Below the pieces are notes generated by a model. It saw only the letters and a program-made list of their open reading frames with translations. It made no database searches and had not been told where the DNA came from. A stretch of DNA of 8,242 nt from a virus (Duplodnaviria; Heunggongvirae; Uroviricota; Caudoviricetes): IMG/VR virus record IMGVR_UViG_2802429231_000003; one strand, written 5' to 3'. Below are positions 1 to 6,890 of this stretch, piece after piece. A program made the translations under genes and the position numbers. Position 1 is the stretch's first letter; every line of letters starts with the position of its first letter.

Positions 1-250
1 TGTTGGGTGGAGCGGACAATCCAAATGGTGAATTACTGTCTTATATCATTGGCGCTGACAGCGCAAAAACCTTAACAAAACTTAACATCCGGTGCGTACC
101 TTTTTGCGCAACCTGACTGCTGGTGGATGACTGGTTTTGACTATCTCCAGAAACAACCAGGGCCGGATAAACCAGCCCTGACTACTGTATAAAAACTGTA
201 TGCCCGTTGTTTGCATGGGGTAGTTTTCGCAAATACCCCCTTATGCCGTT

Positions 251-292
251 TTCAGCACGGGAGCGTCATACAGTCCAGGGTTCAGCACGGGA
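251..292. repeat. Two exact direct copies of TTCAGCACGGGA (251-262 and 281-292), 30 bp apart, in non-coding DNA left of the iteron array
   Basis: Read directly from the sequence; spacing of about three helical turns suggests a protein-binding site pair; function unknown. Confidence 0.5.
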
Positions 293-525
293 AGATGCGG
301 CGCTTCTTGATGCCGCCCGACGGTCTGGCAGCGGGCGCGAACGCTGTTTTGCACGAAATAGCTTTTCCGTGCGCTCCATTGAACATCCCTTCTTTTCGCT
401 GATTTTAGCTTCCTGTTGTTCTGGTTGTTTGCCGGATGCCTGATTTTACCAGATACCCGCCAGGCGAGCTTTCCGGCTTTCAAACCTGAAATTCAGGAAA
501 AATCATCTCTATATATACAAAAAGG

Positions 526-814
526 TGTTGTCCCTGTTGTCCCGGTTGTCCCAAAAAATGTAACCAACTGATTTTATTGAATCTTATTTTTAATTGTGGG
601 ACAACATGCCAGCATTGTGGGACAACATGCCCTGTTTCTGTGTTGTCCCGGATTGTTGGCTGATGAATGTTGTCCCAAAACTTCCTGACGTTGTCCCAAA
701 ATCGCCGCATGTTGTCCCAGAAACACGCTATGTTGTCCCATAATTATCTGATGATATGTATAAATAACAGTAAGTTAGTTAAAAAACGTCTTCATTGGGA
801 CAACCGGGACAACA
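526..814. repeat. Iteron array, putative replication origin: 12 copies of TGTTGTCCC/GGGACAACA flanking A+T-rich spacers
   Basis: Direct copies at 526-534, 535-543, 545-552, 641-649, 668-676, 690-697, 710-718, 731-739 (about 21 bp periodicity in the central block); inverted copies at 598-606, 619-627, 797-804, 806-814; A+T-rich stretches at 553-596 and 740-790; lies immediately 3' of the replication-protein gene, as in SaPI/PICI and P4 origins. Confidence 0.75.
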
Positions 815-834
815 TCTTTACGCGCACGTATGAA

Positions 835-2976
835 TTATTCGGCTTCTTCTTCCTCCTGTTCAGGTGCGAAAAGCAGGATATATGCACGCTGCCGGGCGTT
901 ATTCTGATGTTTCAGGCGCGGTGTTCTGCCCTGCCAGCCCCTGCCGCTGGTGGGTTTCTTAAGCATTCCCGCATCATGCAGTACCTGCGCCACTGCGTCC
1001 TTGTTAAAGCCTCTGGCAACGTGTTCTTTAAACGGTGCCGGAAGCACGTAAAACAACATCGGGTCATCATACCGTTCGCCCTTGTCCCGGTAGCCCATCA
1101 GTTCACCGATGTGGAGATCTCGCGGATCATAATCCACGGGTGCAAATTTGCTCATGCCCCAGGCGTTAAGAAATGCCACTGCCTGTTCTGCAATCTGCTG
1201 GTGTTCTTTGTTCCCGGTGCCGAACTCTTTCACCCAGGCATTAAAGCTGCGCTGTACCGCATCCCGGCACCCTTGCGCATCCCATCCGGTGATATGGCCT
1301 GACAGCACCAGCGCCGCTTCCATGATGGCGAATCGCTCCCCGACGCGGTGGACCTGCTCGCCGTAGTTGTCCGGGATAAGCCCGCGCCAGCGTTCCCTTG
1401 CGGCTTCTGTGGCCTCCCGCGCCGCCTGCTGGTGGTCTGCCAGCCAGCGCACCCATTCACGCCCTGCGGTGCCATGATGCGCCATACAGGCCGCTCTGAG
1501 CGCATCAGCATGAGCTTTACCGGACGGCAGCCCGTGAAATTCCGTGGCCTTCTCCAGGGGCACATTAAGCAGGCGCACCAGTTGCCCCGCTTTGGGCTTC
1601 ATGCCTGCGGCTGCAAGAAAGGTTTCTATGTCCATTTCTCCGGTACTGATGGCGACAGTTCGCCAGCGTTTAAGCTCCCGGTTACCGCCTTCCTTCGCGC
1701 CCTGTAGTTTCCCCACACCGTTAAACAGCGTATAGGCAGACGTTGCCACGGCGCGGGCGTCACTGCCCTGACCAACCTCATCCAGGGGCATCAGGCCGTC
1801 ATTGTGCGCCTGTGCCTCGTTAGCGATACCCAGCGCAGTACCGTACCAGGTGAGGCGCAGTAAATCCGGGTTACCGTACAGACTGCTGGCGATGTTTGCT
1901 GTGGTGGTTTTCCCGGCGCTGGACTGCTGGAAGAAATGGACGCCGAAGCCATCCGCACCCACCAGCCCGACCAGCGGCGCGGCAAGTGCTGCCGCCACGC
2001 CCAGCATCATGGAAGGATTACCCGCCACCAGCGTGGCGACGTTCTCCCGCCAGCTCTGCGCCGTACCTGCACAGGTGTAACCGGAAGCCGTCGCGCTGTG
2101 ACCGTAAAACAGGACCTTCCGGCCCGCCTCGCCGATGATTTCCCCGTCCGGCATGATGTACGCGCCGTGCTGCCATCCGGTCAGGCTGGTGATGTGCCAG
2201 AGTTCCCCCGCGCCACTGCGCAACAGGTGATCGGCAAGGATGGCGCGAAAGTTGTTTTTAGCCGTGACAGAAAGCCCACCAGCACGTAACCGCGACCAGC
2301 CTTCATGCTCGCCAGTATCACGCATGGGGATCGCTTCGGTGTGCGCTGTACGCGCGCCTGCGGGCTTCCAGCGCAGAACAATATACCGCTCGGACTCATC
2401 CGCACCGATGCCCACCACCTCAAGAGGATCACACAACCACTGACCGGGGCGGGTAACTTCCCCGGTCTGCTTATCCATCTTTGGCGTTACCCAGTACAGA
2501 CCGTCAGGGCGGGCATCCACACAGGGGGCCAGCTCATCCACCGGCGCAGGTTTGCCCTCTGCCCGTTGTACCTCTGCCACCAGACTTTCTTCCCCGCGTT
2601 CGTGCTGTTCGCGTATCCGGTTCAGGTAGTCGCGCCAGTCTTCCGGGTGCTGGTCAGGTATCCCCTGGTATAACTTCGCTTCCTGTACGCCCGCCAGCGC
2701 CAGCTTTTCAGCAATGGCGTTAATCTGAATGGGCTTAATATCTCCGGCATGATAGAGGCGGGCGCACTTACGCCCGTTATCAATAATGCGCAGGTTCGCC
2801 AGGTCTGCCAGTTGCTTTGGCCCCAGCCAGACAGGCGGCGTTTTATCTGCGGCAACTTTTAATCCCCAGTCCTCTTCCCATGTTTTAGCGTGAGCGAAGG
2901 CATCAGCCCCGGCAAAGATAACCACCTCAACATGTTTATCTTTCGGTTGATGCTTAAGGTTCGGTGCGTTCTTCAT
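835..2976 (-). CDS. Replication initiator, primase/helicase-like P-loop NTPase (713 aa); DUF927-type replication protein as found in P4-like/PICI elements
   Basis: Long intact ORF; Walker A-like motif QQSSAGKTT; RBS GGGAGG about 9 nt upstream of ATG; start overlaps upstream gene stop (ATGA); iterons directly downstream; acidic C-terminal tail. Family assignment is from recalled sequence character, not a search. Confidence 0.8.
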   Translation of the reverse strand: MKNAPNLKHQPKDKHVEVVIFAGADAFAHAKTWEEDWGLKVAADKTPPVWLGPKQLADLANLRIIDNGRKCARLYHAGDIKPIQINAIAEKLALAGVQEAKLYQGIPDQHPEDWRDYLNRIREQHERGEESLVAEVQRAEGKPAPVDELAPCVDARPDGLYWVTPKMDKQTGEVTRPGQWLCDPLEVVGIGADESERYIVLRWKPAGARTAHTEAIPMRDTGEHEGWSRLRAGGLSVTAKNNFRAILADHLLRSGAGELWHITSLTGWQHGAYIMPDGEIIGEAGRKVLFYGHSATASGYTCAGTAQSWRENVATLVAGNPSMMLGVAAALAAPLVGLVGADGFGVHFFQQSSAGKTTTANIASSLYGNPDLLRLTWYGTALGIANEAQAHNDGLMPLDEVGQGSDARAVATSAYTLFNGVGKLQGAKEGGNRELKRWRTVAISTGEMDIETFLAAAGMKPKAGQLVRLLNVPLEKATEFHGLPSGKAHADALRAACMAHHGTAGREWVRWLADHQQAAREATEAARERWRGLIPDNYGEQVHRVGERFAIMEAALVLSGHITGWDAQGCRDAVQRSFNAWVKEFGTGNKEHQQIAEQAVAFLNAWGMSKFAPVDYDPRDLHIGELMGYRDKGERYDDPMLFYVLPAPFKEHVARGFNKDAVAQVLHDAGMLKKPTSGRGWQGRTPRLKHQNNARQRAYILLFAPEQEEEEAE

Positions 2977-3215
2977 TCCACCGCCTCCCTGCGGGTGGCA
3001 GCCAGTGCCACGGCATCGCGGGTAAACTCCCGGTGAAAGCGATCCACCGGATATACGCAGGGGTGAGAGTAGCCATCACGGACATATGTCACGCGGTTGA
3101 ACTGATTCGCGGTAATCACTACCGCACACCCGGATTTATCGCGCCATTTATCACCGGGGCGAATTTCGGGTAAAGCCTGCCCGCTGGCAGGAACGCCAGT
3201 TATTTTCTTGGACAT
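2973..3215 (-). CDS. Hypothetical small protein (80 aa), translationally coupled to the replication gene
   Basis: ORF with AAGG RBS about 11 nt upstream; stop overlaps primase start (ATGA); no recognisable domain. Confidence 0.6.
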   Translation of the reverse strand: MSKKITGVPASGQALPEIRPGDKWRDKSGCAVVITANQFNRVTYVRDGYSHPCVYPVDRFHREFTRDAVALAATRREAVE

Positions 3216-3227
3216 TATTTTTTCGCC

Positions 3228-3425
3228 TTATGCTGCTGGTGGTGTAACGGTAAATCCGGCTATTTTTGCCGCTTCCAGAAAACCTTCCAGGTTACTGACA
3301 AACTCGTTTTTCTGTAGCGTATAGCCGCCTGTGGCTGTGCCTTTTTCCACGTTAACCAGGACAGGTCCGGTGAAGTCCGGTCGCGCCGGAATGGTAACTG
3401 TGAAGGTCAGGGAGTGATTATGCAT
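3228..3425 (-). CDS. Hypothetical small protein (65 aa)
   Basis: ATG at 3423-3425 preceded by GGAGG; ATG overlaps the upstream gene stop (ATGCATAA). The longer track ORF to 3491 would need a non-ATG start and overlap the upstream gene by about 70 nt. Confidence 0.6.
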   Translation of the reverse strand: MHNHSLTFTVTIPARPDFTGPVLVNVEKGTATGGYTLQKNEFVSNLEGFLEAAKIAGFTVTPPAA

Positions 3426-3960
3426 GGTCTGCCTCCACATACGCGACACCCGCCACATCAAGCGCCTGTTTAAAACGGCAAAGCATTTCACGGCGTTCGC
3501 GGTACAGGGCCAGCACGAAGGGATCGAGTGTGGCTTCGATATCGGCAGGATAGCGACGGACGAAAGGCAGAAGGACGACGCCCTGACAGCGGTGTGGCGT
3601 GGAGGATTTCACCTGGTCAGCCAGCATATTCACCAGGTCATGTAACAGCCCGGTAAGCGGCTGGATCATGTCACGGGGCAATGTATCGGCCACCAGCGCC
3701 TTTGCCAGCGTGAGGCAGTATTCCAGCGTCAGGCTTTCATCAGGCCAGTACTCTGACAGATCGGATGCGGTATTGTCCGGCAGGGGAAGCGCCGTATCCG
3801 CATGGTATGCCGCTGTCAGTGCCTCCAGTGAGGTGACAAGGGATTTGCACATCGCCCGGTGTTCAGTGCGGCTGTGGTATTCCATCAGCCTGCACACCAG
3901 CGCGGCGCACTCACCTGCCAGATGAAACAGGTCAGCGCCTGCGGGGATCGGCTTATTCAT
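3418..3960 (-). CDS. Hypothetical protein (180 aa), member of the replication operon
   Basis: C-terminal 180 codons of the 619-aa track ORF; ATG at 3958-3960 preceded by a G-rich RBS and overlapping the upstream gene stop (ATGAATAA); the remaining 5' part of the track ORF is low-complexity antisense of the plus-strand genes. Confidence 0.65.
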   Translation of the reverse strand: MNKPIPAGADLFHLAGECAALVCRLMEYHSRTEHRAMCKSLVTSLEALTAAYHADTALPLPDNTASDLSEYWPDESLTLEYCLTLAKALVADTLPRDMIQPLTGLLHDLVNMLADQVKSSTPHRCQGVVLLPFVRRYPADIEATLDPFVLALYRERREMLCRFKQALDVAGVAYVEADHA

Positions 3961-4150
3961 GATGCGCCCCCGTAGCGGGCAGACGTCCAGCGAAGAAGCA
4001 GACACTTTCCCGCGCAAGCTGGCGGCGGGCTTCATGCTCGCTATCTGCGGCGATATGGTGGATTTTTGCGGTGATAGTCGGGCAATCGCGGCGAACGGCA
4101 GCGATAAGCCAGATGAATCGCGGGTGTGACGGGGTAAGGGTAGCGACCAT
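3953..4150 (-). CDS. Hypothetical small protein (65 aa), first gene of the replication operon
   Basis: ATG at 4148-4150 with GAGG about 9 nt upstream; stop overlaps next gene start; position analogous to kil-like first genes of the P4 left operon (analogy only). Confidence 0.55.
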   Translation of the reverse strand: MVATLTPSHPRFIWLIAAVRRDCPTITAKIHHIAADSEHEARRQLARESVCFFAGRLPATGAHHE

Positions 4151-4314
4151 AGCGGTGGCCTCGTGAGTAGGTTTATTAACCTCACCAGACCGCTGCTAAA
4201 CGGGGTGGTGAGACGTAACAGGGTTAGCAGACCGGCACTCACGAAACCGGCAGGCGCGAACGCCTCCCCGTTACGCCCCACCATAATACGGACGCAACAT
4301 GGCATTTTACGGAC

Positions 4315-4346
4315 AAAAAAAGACCGCGTTACAGAATGGTCGCGGT
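4315..4346 (-). terminator. Putative intrinsic terminator in the leader of the replication operon (minus strand)
   Basis: Minus-strand RNA ACCGCG-(12 nt loop)-CGCGGU followed by C and seven U (top-strand A run 4315-4321); lies between the divergent promoter region and the first operon gene. Confidence 0.45.
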
Positions 4347-4404
4347 TGTCCGCGCGAGTATTCAGGCTGCTAAACCCGGCCAGTGGATTTACACCAGCGG
4401 GAAA

Positions 4405-4434
4405 AGCATAGCGCCGGGCGGCAGTGTCAGGCAA
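4405..4434 (-). promoter_or_regulatory. Candidate sigma70-type promoter for the leader/replication operon
   Basis: On minus strand TTGCCT (top 4434-4429), 18-nt spacer, TATGCT (top 4410-4405); each hexamer is only a 4/6 match. Confidence 0.2.
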
Positions 4435-4445
4435 GGGATTTTTTT

Positions 4446-4480
4446 GTGATGTAATCACTTTCATCAGTACGTTACTGATG
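4446..4480. promoter_or_regulatory. Two adjacent operator-like dyads upstream of the plus-strand two-gene module
   Basis: GTGAT-gta-ATCAC (4446-4458) and CATCAGTA-cgt-TACTGATG (4462-4480), the latter with perfect 8-bp arms; just upstream of TATGAT (4482-4487) and the RBS AAGGAGAGG. Confidence 0.35.
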
Positions 4481-4512
4481 TTATGATTTACATCAACAAG
4501 GAGAGGCAAATT

Positions 4513-4794
4513 ATGTCTGCTGTTGAGTTGATGAACCGACGGATTCAGATTGCGGATAATGCTTTCGCCATCATCCGCATCTTGCAGGTTGACCCGTCCA
4601 TTCTCGGTAGCCAGCATCTGTATAAATACAGTCTGGCCTATATTGTGGATGGCGTCTGCGTGATGCGCTACGACAACGAACGGGGAAATGGCGACCACAA
4701 ACACATTGGCGATCGTGAATTTCCGGTCACGTTCACCAGCATACAAGACCTGATAGCCAGCTTTCAGGAAGATATCAACCATCTGAGGAGATGA
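4513..4794 (+). CDS. Small protein (93 aa), possible toxin-like partner of a two-gene module (tentatively TumE/DUF6516-like)
   Basis: ATG at 4513 preceded by AAGGAGAGG; motif RYDNERGNGDHKH; followed 4 nt later by an HTH gene with its own RBS. Family assignment is from memory of the motif and unverified. Confidence 0.65.
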   Translation: MSAVELMNRRIQIADNAFAIIRILQVDPSILGSQHLYKYSLAYIVDGVCVMRYDNERGNGDHKHIGDREFPVTFTSIQDLIASFQEDINHLRR

Positions 4795-4798
4795 CATT

Positions 4799-5158
4799 AT
4801 GAGAGTGTTAACCGTCAGGATTATGTCTATCGCCGATGCTTTCCAGACAACGATGGAAGATGCCACTCGCGCTATGTCAGGCGTGGTTGTTGGATCTGAT
4901 TTGATATTCCCCAGCGTTGAGCAGCTTGCCAAAACGATGCTTGCGCCCAATCGCTGGCAAATTATCAGAGTGATGAAAGGTGCAAAACCCGTTTCTATTC
5001 GTGAGCTGGCCCGTCTGGTAAATCGCGATTTTCGCGGTGTATACAACGATGTACAGGCACTGTTGAACGGCGGCGTTCTGGATCGGGATGGCGATAAAAT
5101 CGTATTACCGTATGACCGCGTACACATTGAGTTTAATTCGGACGACGCCGCAGCGTAA
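4799..5158 (+). CDS. Winged helix-turn-helix DNA-binding protein (119 aa), putative regulator/antitoxin-like partner
   Basis: GGAG RBS 9 nt upstream; HTH-like segment PVSIRELARLVNRDFRGVYNDVQALL followed by a wing-like segment; strong terminator downstream. Confidence 0.7.
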   Translation: MRVLTVRIMSIADAFQTTMEDATRAMSGVVVGSDLIFPSVEQLAKTMLAPNRWQIIRVMKGAKPVSIRELARLVNRDFRGVYNDVQALLNGGVLDRDGDKIVLPYDRVHIEFNSDDAAA

Positions 5159-5177
5159 CGGTACGAGGCGTTTATCG

Positions 5178-5209
5178 GGGCGTGGATATCCTCTGCGCCC
5201 TTTTTCTTT
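5178..5209 (+). terminator. Intrinsic terminator after the plus-strand two-gene module
   Basis: 9-bp stem 5178-5186/5192-5200 (two G-U wobbles), 5-nt loop, then TTTTTCTTT. Confidence 0.65.
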
Positions 5210-5273
5210 GTCCGTATGTCAACTTTTGACAGGTTGAGGCCAGACACGGGCAAGCTCTTATTCTGAATGCTTA

Positions 5274-6098
5274 TCATTGAACTACCTCCAGGCGACGGGC
5301 TAACCAGCGCTGAGACAGGCGCAGTAATTCTGTCTTGCGCTGGTGGTAGTCCTGCCTCAGTTCTATTAGCGTGATATTGGTCTGCTCAAGATAAGAAAGG
5401 TGATCGAGTTGTTCCTCGCTCATATGGTCGCGGGCTTCGCCGGTGATGCCGTTCGCCTGCGCCCACTGTTTCGCTGTCATTCCACCCAGCACGATCCGCG
5501 CCAGCATGTTCGATTCAGTTGTGTAGTGATGTGGTTGTGTGGCCTTGCCCTGTTCCTGCCTCACCACTTCCAGCGCGGCGCACATCGGCTTAAAGTAACT
5601 GGCGGCGGTGATACGGGCCTTAAGTTCTTTGCGCAGCGCAGCGGCTTTTAACGGGGCTTCCTGCTGTAATGTTTCCTCGCAGTGAATGAAGTAACGACGA
5701 ACGGCGCGGCCCTGCTCGTTGCGTTCGACCATCGCCAGCTCTTTAGCCATATTCAGCGAAAGCAAATACTCCCGGCTTCGTCTGTCCCCACCGCGTCTTG
5801 TTTCCCACGCCTTTCCATCATGGTTATTATTTGAGCTTTGATTCCTGAAATTTGAGGAATCAAAAAGGGTGTAGTCACTGTCAGCAATGAAACCATATTC
5901 CTCAATGCGGCCCTTAATCCATGTGGAAAAGTCATTTCCCACACCCAGCGCGGCATGTAACTCCTTTGCACTTACCACGCTGGCAGGCTGGCTACCGATA
6001 ATGCCGGAAATAACCGGGATGAGTTCGGCAAAATTATTCTGGTTATGGTTTTCAGGGTGAGCGATGCCCTGACCGTGAAGGCCATTAATTAATTTCAT
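5274..6098 (-). CDS. Phage antirepressor, AntA/AntB N-terminal domain family (274 aa)
   Basis: Segment YLLSLNMAKELAMVERNEQGRAVRRYFIHCEETL matches the conserved core of AntA/AntB antirepressors as recalled; AGGA RBS; 14 nt downstream of the preceding gene on the same strand. Confidence 0.75.
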   Translation of the reverse strand: MKLINGLHGQGIAHPENHNQNNFAELIPVISGIIGSQPASVVSAKELHAALGVGNDFSTWIKGRIEEYGFIADSDYTLFDSSNFRNQSSNNNHDGKAWETRRGGDRRSREYLLSLNMAKELAMVERNEQGRAVRRYFIHCEETLQQEAPLKAAALRKELKARITAASYFKPMCAALEVVRQEQGKATQPHHYTTESNMLARIVLGGMTAKQWAQANGITGEARDHMSEEQLDHLSYLEQTNITLIELRQDYHQRKTELLRLSQRWLARRLEVVQ

Positions 6099-6112
6099 TA
6101 TTTCAGTTCCTG

Positions 6113-6544
6113 TCAGGCGGCGTTCTGGTTATCCGGGTACATCATGAGGATGCTTTCGATAGTCTCCGGGGTAAGGCTCCAGTAGCCACCAGTACTGGCA
6201 CACTGATTGACCAGCTTAATGACCTTCATCACGTCCTCACGGCAGGCAAAGCGGTAGCGAAGATGTGCCCCTATACCATCGGCATTGGCTTCTTCTGAAC
6301 GCGCCAGGCAGATATCAAGGCGGCGCTCCAGTTCACTGGCGTAATTGCGGCCTGATGAAAGATGGCAGTGGCGCAGAATATCGTTTTCAGTCCAGCCACC
6401 AGCACCAGTGCAAAGCATATAAACGCGGGCGCGGTGCTTCTTCGGTGTGCGTCTCGCTTGTGTGCGGCTGGTGGTGGGGATAACATCAGACGGGCGAATA
6501 TCTGTGTTAGCCGCCTGCTGTTCGGGGCGGTTTTCTTTTTTCAT
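6113..6544 (-). CDS. Hypothetical protein (143 aa), co-transcribed with the AlpA-family gene
   Basis: ATG overlaps the AlpA gene stop (ATGA); basic N-terminal region; no recognisable domain. Confidence 0.6.
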   Translation of the reverse strand: MKKENRPEQQAANTDIRPSDVIPTTSRTQARRTPKKHRARVYMLCTGAGGWTENDILRHCHLSSGRNYASELERRLDICLARSEEANADGIGAHLRYRFACREDVMKVIKLVNQCASTGGYWSLTPETIESILMMYPDNQNAA

Positions 6545-6753
6545 TGCGCCACCTCGCCGCGTGATTCAAATACACGATCATTTATCCATTTATTAACTTC
6601 GTCTTCAAACCAACCAACACGGCGTAGGCCAATGCGAAATCCTCGCGGAAATTCGCCAGCGTTAATCATCTCCTGAAATGCGCTATCTGATTTAATACGT
6701 AAAATCATTTTTACTTCTTTTTTGAGAAGGATCTTTCTTTCTTCTGATGTCAT
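6541..6753 (-). CDS. alpA: AlpA/Vis-family phage transcriptional regulator (excisionase-like HTH), 70 aa from ATG
   Basis: Pattern ILLKKEVKMILRIKSDSAFQEMINAGEFPRGFRIGLRRVGWFEDEVNKWI resembles the AlpA-family HTH; the track ORF extends to 6771 only with a TTG start, so the first ATG (6751-6753) is preferred. Confidence 0.7.
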   Translation of the reverse strand: MTSEERKILLKKEVKMILRIKSDSAFQEMINAGEFPRGFRIGLRRVGWFEDEVNKWINDRVFESRGEVAQ

Positions 6754-6816
6754 TTGGTTAATCTCATTCAATACCGATTAATTCCGGCGGTGTAGGAATA
6801 CTGGCATGATGAGATA

Positions 6817-6886
6817 GGGTGAGGGCAACACTATTTGGGGTGAGGGTAGGTTACCGTGAGGGGCCGGGGTGGTTACCCTCACGGTA
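6817..6886. promoter_or_regulatory. G+C-rich repeat cluster and perfect 11-bp inverted repeat between the orphan gene and alpA
   Basis: GGTGAGGG at 6818-6825 and 6839-6846, CCGTGAGGGG at 6854-6863; inverted repeat TACCGTGAGGG (6852-6862) / CCCTCACGGTA (6876-6886) with 13-nt loop; no U tract follows on either strand. Confidence 0.4.
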
Positions 6887-6890
6887 GATG

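Noticed and set aside
207-483. Small ORFs 207-443 (+), 211-402 (+) and 241-483 (-)
   Set aside because: Mutually overlapping, no convincing RBS, one needs a TTG start, and translations are Arg/Ser-rich without protein-like character; the region is more likely regulatory DNA.
526-814. Repeat array considered as a CRISPR array
   Set aside because: Repeat unit is only 9 bp, copies occur in both orientations with irregular spacing and A+T-rich gaps; this is an iteron pattern, not repeat-spacer architecture.
667-1302. 211-aa plus-strand ORF
   Set aside because: Begins inside the iteron array and runs antisense through the 3' end of the replication gene; no RBS; repetitive N-terminus (MLSQN...) is just iterons being translated.
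1148-2723. Multiple 60-120-aa ORFs on both strands inside 835-2976
   Set aside because: All are nested within or antisense to the long replication-protein gene; Arg/Pro/Ala-rich translations typical of spurious frames in G+C-rich coding DNA.
3228-3491. Longer 87-aa version of the small minus-strand ORF
   Set aside because: Requires a non-ATG start and about 70 nt overlap with the upstream gene; the internal ATG at 3423-3425 with GGAGG and a coupled ATGCATAA junction is far more plausible.
3418-5277. 619-aa minus-strand ORF spanning the whole 3418-5277 interval
   Set aside because: Its 5' two-thirds is low-complexity antisense translation across the plus-strand genes and the intergenic leader with its terminator. 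Only the C-terminal 180 codons (3418-3960) have an RBS and a coupled start.
5400-6676. Plus-strand ORFs 5400-5651, 6265-6483 and 6362-6676 and minus ORFs 5753-5971 and 6271-6486
   Set aside because: Nested in or antisense to the antirepressor, orf143 and alpA genes; no independent support.
6541-6771. AlpA ORF with the extended start at 6771
   Set aside because: The extension begins with TTG and adds six residues with no RBS; the first ATG (6753) is preferred, though the longer form cannot be excluded.
6852-6886. G+C-rich hairpin as a rho-independent terminator
   Set aside because: No U tract follows the stem on either strand; kept as a regulatory or structural element instead.
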